Source: a virus. From it: a stretch of 6,700 bases of DNA. Under the pieces are notes generated by a model. The model saw only the letters and a list, made by a program, of their open reading frames with translations, had not been told where the DNA came from and ran no database searches. Shown here piece by piece: positions 1-5,414 of the stretch (positions within the stretch are counted from its first letter, which is position 1; every line of letters begins with the position of its first letter). The stretch is from the IMG/VR virus record IMGVR_UViG_3300045988_151348. One strand, 5' to 3'. Made by a program: the position numbers and the translations under genes.

Positions 1-95
1 GCTCGTTGAGGAGGGCGTCCGTCAAAATCCTGCCTTTGTGCAAAACGGAGAAAATGTTGCAAAAACGGGTCAAATAGGCGATATCGTATCCCCAT
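1..95. repeat. Left arm of a ~95-bp inverted repeat that closes the window (partner 6605-6700)
   Basis: The reverse complement of 6646-6700 equals 1-55 exactly. Positions 56-95 keep matching 6605-6645 with 3 substitutions (56, 71, 89) and one 1-bp indel. Similarity stops at CCCCAT (90-95) / ATGGGG (6605-6610). The arm contains direct TGYKGCAAAA-type motifs at 37-48 and 55-69, with a third at 105-121 just inside the arm. Confidence 0.95.
81..95 (-). other. Inverted, unoccupied third copy of the prophage att core
   Basis: The minus strand reads ATGGGGATACGATAT, 14/15 identical to the direct repeat at 1633-1647 and 6605-6619. It is followed outward by CGCCTATTTGACCCG, the same flank that follows attR (TCGCCTATTTAACCCG). 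Confidence 0.6.
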
Positions 96-258
96 TCGCG
101 GATTTGTGTTGCAAAATCAGGTGTTTTCGGGTGTTTCTCGATCCACTTACCGTGGCATGCCGTTCCCGTAACTGAACCGGGAACTCACCTTGGCCCACCA
201 TCAATTGCACGCTCATATTACACCCGGCTTTCCCGCCCGTCAACCGCTTTGGCCGATT

Positions 259-310
259 TGTAACTCACCTGTAACATTCCCGTATTTTTGTTACACCGTT
301 TGTTACACCG
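259..310. promoter_or_regulatory. Operator-like array: two direct TGTAAC half-sites facing two GTTACA half-sites
   Basis: TGTAAC lies at 259-264 and 270-275 (11-bp period). GTTACA lies at 290-295 and 302-307, inside a perfect 12-bp tandem repeat TTTGTTACACCG (287-298, 299-310). The overall dyad is centred near 283. No adjacent gene is visible, so the function is unknown. Confidence 0.4.
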
Positions 311-688
311 CAGCGAGTGATTCTAAATGAGGGGCACACAGAGGCCTTTTGTTGCACGGCAAACGGCAACGCGCCCCTCACCCCGCCGCACCCCGCGCGG
401 CAGGGCGGCATCTCTCGGCGGACCTATTTATAGGTAGGCCGCACGGCGGGGCTTTGGTGCCCGCCGCCGTGCAACTCTGCGTGCATTTTACCTGGGCGAT
501 TCTCTTTCCGAGCAGCCGCACTTCCGAAACCCCGCCGCAGAGCGGCAGCGGCCGCAAGAAGCAGATCAAATCGAAAGCCGCAATAAGAAACTGCACACAC
601 TCCTTTGCGCAGCGCGTGCAGTACCGTTTTCGCAGGGGTTGACAATGCGGGGGTCAAGGGGCTTGCCCCTTGCGCTCTCTTGGGGTTT

Positions 689-727
689 CAAAGGGGTCAT
701 TCTCTACGGTAGAGAATGGCCCCTTTG
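689..727. other. Long perfect-type hairpin (19-bp stem, 3-nt loop) downstream of hsp20
   Basis: CAAAGGGGTCATTCTCTA-CGG-TAGAGAATGGCCCCTTTG with one G-T wobble. A second hairpin, CAAGGGG-CTTG-CCCCTTG, lies at 655-672. No U-tract follows on either strand, so this is not a textbook intrinsic terminator. Confidence 0.6.
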
Positions 728-732
728 GTCGT

Positions 733-830
733 GCCGCCGTCAGGCGGCAAATGTGGCGCCGCTGTCAAGCGGCAAATGTGGCGCCGCTGTCAAGCGGCAA
801 ATGTCGCACCGCCCTCAGGCGGCAGATCTC
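733..830. repeat. Four tandem ~25-bp units, each with a short GC stem-loop, abutting the hsp20 stop codon
   Basis: The units start at 733, 758, 783 and 808. Units 2 and 3 (GCCGCTGTCAAGCGGCAAATGTGGC / ...GTCGC) differ at one base. Each unit holds GCCGC-N6-GCGGC or a variant. The last unit overlaps the TGA of hsp20 (829-831 on +). They may act as a 3' stabiliser or terminator for the minus-strand transcript. Confidence 0.85.
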
Positions 831-1269
831 ACTCGATCGCCAGTCTCCGGCTGCCGGAAACCTCGACATCCTTCTTCGGCAGCGTCAGGCTCAGCACGCC
901 GTCGTTGTAGCTGGCCTTGATGCCCTCGGCCTTGACGCCGGAGATATCGAAGCTCCTCGCGTAGCTGCCGTAGCTGCGCTCGCAGCGGACGTAGCTCTTG
1001 TCCTTCTCCTCGTGCTCGTTCTTGCGCTCGGCCTTGATGGTCAGGTTGTCGCCGTCGATGTCGATGGCGATGTCCTCCTTCTTCATGCCGGGCAGATCGG
1101 CCTCGAGCAGGTAATGGTCGCCCTTGTCCTGAATGTCGGTCTTGAACGTGCCGACGTCGCCGAGGAAGTCGCGGTTGCCGAAGAACGCGCGCTCCAGCGC
1201 CTCCATGTCGCGGAACGGGTCATAGGTGGTCATGTGGTTATTGTTGCGGTAAGGTCTCAGTTCAAACAT
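829..1269 (-). CDS. hsp20: Small heat-shock protein, Hsp20/alpha-crystallin family (146 aa)
   Basis: The translation has the alpha-crystallin core typical of clostridial Hsp18-type proteins (FKTDIQDKGDHYLLEADLPGMKKEDIAIDIDGDNLTIKAERK...RSFDISGV...IKASYNDGVLSLTLPKK). A GGAGG Shine-Dalgarno (complement of 1278-1282) lies 8 nt before the ATG at 1269-1267. Codon usage is GC-rich. Confidence 0.93.
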   Translation of the reverse strand: MFELRPYRNNNHMTTYDPFRDMEALERAFFGNRDFLGDVGTFKTDIQDKGDHYLLEADLPGMKKEDIAIDIDGDNLTIKAERKNEHEEKDKSYVRCERSYGSYARSFDISGVKAEGIKASYNDGVLSLTLPKKDVEVSGSRRLAIE

Positions 1270-1397
1270 AATGAATACCTCCGAAAATTCGAGATTTGGA
1301 AAGCCTCGGGAGCTTGCCTTCCTTTGCTTTTCTTGACTCAGAGTCTACCCCGGAATTGTGTCCAAAGATACGCATTTGTGTGAACGGACTATGAATT

Positions 1398-1424
1398 TTA
1401 GCACTCTCGCTCTAAGAGTGCTAA
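1398..1424. promoter_or_regulatory. CIRCE element (HrcA operator)
   Basis: TTAGCACTC-TCGCTCTAA-GAGTGCTAA is a perfect match to the consensus TTAGCACTC-N9-GAGTGCTAA. It lies 128 bp upstream of the hsp20 start codon and 208 bp from the prophage attL core. Confidence 0.9.
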
Positions 1425-1474
1425 AAGCGTCGGATTTTGTTGCATTTGACGGGCAGCCTGCCCCAAAACCGTCC

Positions 1475-1496
1475 ATGTCTACCCGATGTCTACCCG
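1475..1496 (+). repeat. Perfect tandem 11-bp repeat ATGTCTACCCG x2 (GTCTACCC iterons 2 and 3 of 5)
   Basis: GTCTACCC occurs at 1477-1484 and 1488-1495. The same 8-mer in the same orientation also occurs at 1343-1350, 1546-1553 and 1558-1565. Confidence 0.8.
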
Positions 1497-1543
1497 CCGA
1501 AACGCCTGGGGCGCAAGGGTTTGCGGGTTTTCCGAGAGGGTCG

Positions 1544-1567
1544 CCGTCTACCCTTCCGTCTACCCAA
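1544..1567 (+). repeat. Tandem 12-bp repeat CCGTCTACCCTT / CCGTCTACCCAA (GTCTACCC iterons 4 and 5)
   Basis: The repeat is directly visible. It lies 66-89 bp left of the attL core. A short hairpin, CGCAA-GGGT-TTGCG (1512-1525), sits between the two iteron pairs. Confidence 0.8.
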
Positions 1568-1630
1568 TTTTTCGCGCCGATTCCCGAAGCGCCTGCTATT
1601 TCTGCGAAAATTTTTGAAATTTCTGAAAAT

Positions 1631-1655
1631 GTATGGGGGTACGATATCCCCATAC
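1631..1655. other. attL junction: perfect 25-bp palindrome containing the 15-bp att core (1633-1647)
   Basis: GTATGGGG-GTACGATAT-CCCCATAC has 8-bp arms and a 9-nt spacer. The GC-rich to AT-richer composition change occurs here. The core ATGGGGGTACGATAT is repeated exactly at 6605-6619. Confidence 0.75.
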
Positions 1656-1670
1656 GAAGAAGGTGATTTC

Positions 1671-2684
1671 TTGCCATGCTATCATCCGCTTAAAGCCTTT
1701 GTTTTAGGTGAAAAAGACGGTAAACGGTTGCTCAAGGTGACGTGCTATGAGGTAGACCATCTCGAGCGTGCTGGTGAAGGTTTTGCGTGTTGCACACATC
1801 CCGCTTATGGCCGTCTCGGTGATGTTACGGAGTTCATCGAAATTCCCTGCGGAAAGTGTTCCGGCTGTCGGCTTCAGAGATCGCGTGAGTGGGCTAATCG
1901 TTGTATGCTCGAGCTTGAATACCACAAGTCGAGTTACTTCGTCACTCTGACTTATGATGATGCTCATGTTCCGATTCATTATTATTCCGATCCGGAGACC
2001 GGTGAGGCCCTGCCGAGTATGTCTCTTGTGAAGCGAGATTTTCAACTTTTTATGAAGCGTCTCCGGAAGAAATTCGGTGAAGGTATTCGATTTTTTGCAT
2101 CTGGAGAGTATGGTTCTCTGACGTTTCGCCCTCACTATCATGCAATCATTTTTGGATTGGAGCTTGATGATCTTGTTCCCTATAAGCGATCTGCGCAAGG
2201 TTTTCAATATTTTAATTCTGTGTCACTGCAGGACGTCTGGCCGAATGGCTTTGCTGTTGTTGCTCCGGTGACTTGGGAGACCTGTGCTTATACTGCCCGT
2301 TATGTCATGAAGAAGCTTACCGGCCCTGAAGCTGAGTTCTACGAGAATTTTAATATTCTTCCTGAGTTTTCGCTTATGTCGCGGAAGCCCGGTATTGCCC
2401 GAAAGTATTACGAGGATCATCCCGACATATATGAACATGAGTTCATCAACATTTCGACTGAGAAAGGAGGTAGGAAGTTTCGACCTCCGAAGTATTATGA
2501 TAAATTGTTTGATCTCGATTGTCCGGAAGAATCTGCCAAGCTTAAAGCTGTTCGTCAGAAGATGGCAGCTGAAGCTCAGAAAGCAAAATTACAAAAAACC
2601 ACACTTAGTTATTTAGACCAGCTTGCCGTTGAAGAACGGAATCAGCTGGCCCGAATAAAATCATTGAAAAGGAGTTGTATCTAA
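1671..2684 (+). CDS. VP4: Replication initiation protein VP4 (HUH rolling-circle endonuclease)
   Basis: Motifs: N-terminal LPCYHPLKAF; Cys cluster CGKCSGCRLQRSREWANRC; motif 1 YFVTLTYDD; HUH motif HYHAIIF (HYH at 2133-2141); catalytic YTARYVMKK (Tyr codons at 2289 and 2301). I place the start at TTG 1671, preceded by GAAGGTGA (1657-1664). ATG 1629, on the host side of the junction, is an in-frame alternative. The 1437 start in the ORF track runs into GC-rich host DNA and is unlikely. Confidence 0.9.
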   Translation: MPCYHPLKAFVLGEKDGKRLLKVTCYEVDHLERAGEGFACCTHPAYGRLGDVTEFIEIPCGKCSGCRLQRSREWANRCMLELEYHKSSYFVTLTYDDAHVPIHYYSDPETGEALPSMSLVKRDFQLFMKRLRKKFGEGIRFFASGEYGSLTFRPHYHAIIFGLELDDLVPYKRSAQGFQYFNSVSLQDVWPNGFAVVAPVTWETCAYTARYVMKKLTGPEAEFYENFNILPEFSLMSRKPGIARKYYEDHPDIYEHEFINISTEKGGRKFRPPKYYDKLFDLDCPEESAKLKAVRQKMAAEAQKAKLQKTTLSYLDQLAVEERNQLARIKSLKRSCI

Positions 2685-2797
2685 TGCGTAAACCTATGCG
2701 TCCCAAGAAAGACAAGAAGGTCTTTCGCCGTACTGCTGCGAAGTCCAAGAAGATTAACATTAACCCGACTGTTTTCCGTGGAGGTATCCGGCTTTGA
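2684..2797 (+). CDS. Small basic DNA-binding/packaging peptide (phiX174 J / gokushovirus VP8-like), 37 aa
   Basis: MRKPMRPKKDKKVFRRTAAKSKKININPTVFRGGIRL is strongly Lys/Arg-rich. An AAGGAG Shine-Dalgarno lies at 2669-2674. The ATG overlaps the VP4 stop (TAATG, 2682-2686). It is below the size cutoff of the ORF track. Confidence 0.8.
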   Translation: MRKPMRPKKDKKVFRRTAAKSKKININPTVFRGGIRL

Positions 2798-2958
2798 AGT
2801 TTGAATTGACTGTTGGTGTTTATGACGGTGATGATCTTGTTGATACTGTTTGTTATGTTGTTCCCGCTGAGCCTTTGGCTCGTATTTTTGCTCAGATTCC
2901 TGAGGATTCCGTTGTTGTTTCGGTAAGTATTGAAGGTGTAAAGGAGTTGTACGAATGA
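2794..2958 (+). CDS. Hypothetical small acidic protein, 54 aa (TTG start)
   Basis: MKFELTVGVYDGDDLVDTVCYVVPAEPLARIFAQIPEDSVVVSVSIEGVKELYE. GGAGGT (2780-2785) lies 8 nt upstream. The TTG overlaps the preceding stop (TTGA) and its own stop overlaps the next ATG (ATGA, 2955-2958). Without this ORF, a compact genome would have 157 nt of non-coding DNA here. I do not recognise a family. Confidence 0.5.
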   Translation: MKFELTVGVYDGDDLVDTVCYVVPAEPLARIFAQIPEDSVVVSVSIEGVKELYE

Positions 2959-3206
2959 AATACGGTGTTTATTCTATCCGCGATGCCCGTACGGGCTTTC
3001 TTCCGCCTACGGTTGATCAGAACGATTCTTCCGCGATGCGGAATTTCGCTCATGCCTGTATGCAGAAGGAAAGCCTTCTGTTTTCCCACATTGAGGATTA
3101 TGCCCTTTGTAAGATCGGCGAGTTTGACAATGAGACTGGCACGATTTTGACGCAGCTCCCCGTGGTTATTTTGGATGGTACGTCCATCCAGAGAAAGGAT
3201 GTTTGA
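2955..3206 (+). CDS. Conserved small microvirus non-structural protein (possibly VP5-like), 83 aa
   Basis: An AAGGAG Shine-Dalgarno (2941-2946) lies 8 nt before the ATG. The N-terminus MKYGVYSIRDARTGFLPPTVDQNDSSAMRNFAHAC resembles, from memory, a small protein common in gokushovirus genomes between VP4 and VP3. The functional assignment is tentative. Confidence 0.7.
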   Translation: MKYGVYSIRDARTGFLPPTVDQNDSSAMRNFAHACMQKESLLFSHIEDYALCKIGEFDNETGTILTQLPVVILDGTSIQRKDV

Positions 3207-3208
3207 TT

Positions 3209-3709
3209 ATGTATGATGAAAAGCTTAGATTCGCTACTCAGTATCGTCCGAGAACTCGTTTCCCTTCAAATCTTGGTGAGCGCGAAAGGATTCTCTATCA
3301 GCCTAAGTTTGATGAAAATGGAGTTATGGATCTCGTTGAGTCTGGCCGAGAAGACCTTTACGATTTCATTCAATCGCACGCAGAGTCTGTTGACATCCAC
3401 GTGATTCTTGCTCGATATCAGAATGGCGACATTGACGCGCTTTCGCGTGTCCAGGGCGCTTATGGTGATTTTTCCAATATGCCCACGTCTTATGCTGAAC
3501 TCTTGAACAGGGTTAATGAAGGTCAGAGTTTTTTCAATTCTCTTCCGGTTGATATTCGCGCGAAGTTCAATCATAATTTCGCGGAGTTTATGGCTGGTAT
3601 GGACAAGCCTGATTTCCTTGACAAGCTCGGAATCAAGCCCGAGCGAGAGTCTGACCCGTCCCAGGAGGAAAAACCGGCTGTTGAGCCGAAAAAGGAGGTT
3701 ACGGAATGA
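3209..3709 (+). CDS. VP3: Internal scaffolding protein VP3
   Basis: Its position immediately upstream of VP1 and its sequence character fit VP3 (DLYDFIQSHAESVDIHVILARYQNGD...GDFSNMPTSYAELLNRVNEGQSFFNSLPVDIRAKFNHNFAEF, acidic/Lys-rich tail). ATG 3209 lies 9 nt after AAAGGA. TTG 3203, which overlaps the previous stop as TTGA, is an alternative start. The stop overlaps the VP1 ATG (ATGA, 3706-3709). Confidence 0.85.
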   Translation: MYDEKLRFATQYRPRTRFPSNLGERERILYQPKFDENGVMDLVESGREDLYDFIQSHAESVDIHVILARYQNGDIDALSRVQGAYGDFSNMPTSYAELLNRVNEGQSFFNSLPVDIRAKFNHNFAEFMAGMDKPDFLDKLGIKPERESDPSQEEKPAVEPKKEVTE

Positions 3710-5403
3710 ACCGCAATGTTGAATCCCATTTCGCGCTTAATCCCACGAATATCGATATCCGGCGTTCGACGTTTGATCGCTCGCATTCTCTTAAGACTTC
3801 GTTTAACGTTGGTGACATTGTACCTTTTTTCGTTGACGAAGTATTACCGGGAGATACGTTCAACGTGGACACATCCAAAGTTGTGCGTTTGCAGACGTTG
3901 CTTACTCCGGTCATGGATAACATCTATCTTGACACATATTTCTTCTTCGTACCGAACCGGCTTACTTGGAGTCATTGGAAGCAGTTCAACGGTGAGAATA
4001 CGGAATCTGCTTGGATTCCTCAGACCGAGTATGAAATACCTCAAATTACTGCTCCTGCTGATAGCGGATGGTCTGTTGGAACTATTGCCGATTATCTCGG
4101 TGTGCCTACCGGCGTTCCTAATCTTTCCGTTAGTGCTCTTCCCTTCCGAGCTTATGCCTTGGTAATGAATGAGTGGTTTCGTGATGAAAACCTATCTGAC
4201 CCGCTCGTTGTTCCCGTCGATGATGCTACTGTAGCCGGTGTGAATACCGGTACGTTTGTGACCGATGTTGCGAAAGGCGGTCTTCCTTATAAGGCCGCTA
4301 AGTATCACGACTATTTTACAAGCTGTCTTCCGTCTCCCCAGAAAGGCCCGGATGTTTTGATTCCCTCGGCCACGTCCGGCGAGTATCCTGTCGTTACCCG
4401 TGAACAGCCTCATGATCCCGGTGGATTTGTTTTAACTGGTCTTTCTAATATTTCTTTTGCTTCTGGAGATCGACCGGTTAATATCTATGATTCTCTTGCT
4501 TTCAAGCCTGTTTCTGCTGGTTCTAATTATGCTGGCATTACTGGTTTAAGTGGTGGTGCTGATAAGCCCGGTTTTGATCCTGTTAACCTTTATGCTGTTG
4601 CTTCCGGTGGTCTTGGTGCTTCCATTAATCAGCTTCGCATGGCGTTTCAGATTCAGAAGCTCTATGAGAAAGACGCCCGTGGTGGTTCCCGATATATCGA
4701 GATTCTTAAGTCTCATTTCGGTGTGACTTCTCCCGATGCCCGTCTTCAGCGTCCCGAATATCTCGGTGGTAACCGTGTCCCCATCAATATTAATCAGGTT
4801 GTCCAGCAGTCGGCTACGGCCTCCGGCGAGACTGCACAGGGTACTGTCACCGGTATGTCTGTCACTACGGATACGCATTCCGATTTTACCAAATCTTTTA
4901 CTGAGCATGGCTTTGTCATTGGCGTTATGGTTGCTCGTTACGATCATACTTATCAGCAGGGCCTTGAACGTTTCTGGTCTCGTAAGGATCGCTTTGACTA
5001 TTATTGGCCTGTTTTTGCTAACATCGGTGAGCAGGCTGTGAAGAACAAGGAGATTTTTGCTCAAGGTCCGTCTGTTAAGGATTCTGCTGGTGCTGTCATC
5101 GATGATCAGGTTTTCGGTTATCAGGAAGCGTGGGCCGATTACCGCTACAAGCCGTCCCGCGTCACTGGCGAAATGCGTTCTCAGTACGCGCAGTCCCTTG
5201 ATGTTTGGCATTTGGCTGATGACTATTCTGCTTTGCCTATGCTTTCGGATTCGTGGATTCGTGAGGATAAGACAAATGTGGATCGTGTGCTTGCAGTCAC
5301 ATCTTCTGTTAGCAATCAGTTGTTTGCCGATATCTACATCAAGAACCGGACTACCCGTCCGATGCCGATGTACTCTATCCCCGGTCTGATCGACCATCAT
5401 TGA
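3706..5403 (+). CDS. VP1: Major capsid protein VP1 (Microviridae F-protein family), 565 aa
   Basis: Hallmark N-terminus HFALNPTNIDIRRSTFDRSHSLKTSFNVGDIVPFFVDEVLPGDTF. Also FFFVPNRL, ALPFRAYALVMNEWFRD, INQLRMAFQIQKLYEKDARGGSRYIEILKSHFGV..D.RLQRPEYLGG. A long Gly/Ser-rich insertion (roughly 4380-4620) matches the surface-loop insertion typical of gokushoviruses. An AAGGAGGT Shine-Dalgarno lies at 3692-3699. Confidence 0.97.
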   Translation: MNRNVESHFALNPTNIDIRRSTFDRSHSLKTSFNVGDIVPFFVDEVLPGDTFNVDTSKVVRLQTLLTPVMDNIYLDTYFFFVPNRLTWSHWKQFNGENTESAWIPQTEYEIPQITAPADSGWSVGTIADYLGVPTGVPNLSVSALPFRAYALVMNEWFRDENLSDPLVVPVDDATVAGVNTGTFVTDVAKGGLPYKAAKYHDYFTSCLPSPQKGPDVLIPSATSGEYPVVTREQPHDPGGFVLTGLSNISFASGDRPVNIYDSLAFKPVSAGSNYAGITGLSGGADKPGFDPVNLYAVASGGLGASINQLRMAFQIQKLYEKDARGGSRYIEILKSHFGVTSPDARLQRPEYLGGNRVPININQVVQQSATASGETAQGTVTGMSVTTDTHSDFTKSFTEHGFVIGVMVARYDHTYQQGLERFWSRKDRFDYYWPVFANIGEQAVKNKEIFAQGPSVKDSAGAVIDDQVFGYQEAWADYRYKPSRVTGEMRSQYAQSLDVWHLADDYSALPMLSDSWIREDKTNVDRVLAVTSSVSNQLFADIYIKNRTTRPMPMYSIPGLIDHH

Positions 5404-5414
5404 GAGGTGATCTA

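Noticed and set aside
639-644. TTGACA hexamer as a promoter -35
   Set aside because: No acceptable -10 lies 16-18 bp downstream, where the sequence is GC-rich hairpin, and no gene follows on the + strand.
733-830. Possible CRISPR array
   Set aside because: The units are contiguous with no spacers, number only four and are 25 bp long. This is a simple tandem repeat.
349-1383. Plus-strand ORFs 349-642, 639-920, 670-1383, 716-910 and minus-strand ORFs 378-596, 424-657
   Set aside because: Their translations are Arg/Ala/Pro/Gly-rich, which is typical of random frames in GC-rich DNA. Three of them merely translate the 25-bp tandem repeat or run antisense to the well-supported hsp20 gene. None has a Shine-Dalgarno.
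1631-1655. att site as a tRNA T-arm fragment or a canonical dif site
   Set aside because: GGGG-N9-CCCC superficially resembles a T-arm, but there is no acceptor, anticodon or D-arm context and the loop is not TTCRANY. There is no 11-6-11 dif architecture or XerD-arm TTATGTNAA. Only ATTTAAC at 6626-6632 matches, and the left copy does not share it.
1437-1670. N-terminal 78-codon extension of VP4 given by the ORF track (start 1437), and the ATG at 1629
   Set aside because: The extension lies in host-composition DNA, crosses the iterons and the att junction, and would not exist in the circular phage. The conserved microvirus Rep N-terminus (PCYHP) begins right after TTG 1671, which has its own Shine-Dalgarno. 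ATG 1629 remains a possible prophage-specific start, but I have no evidence for it.
1345-1677. ORFs 1345-1677 (-) and 1358-1666 (+) spanning the host/phage junction
   Set aside because: Both run through CIRCE, the GTCTACCC iterons and the att palindrome. They have no Shine-Dalgarno and low-complexity translations, so they are most likely non-coding.
1704-2438. Antisense ORFs 1704-2207 and 2223-2438 within VP4
   Set aside because: They lie opposite a strongly supported gene in a family that transcribes one strand only. They have no translation signals.
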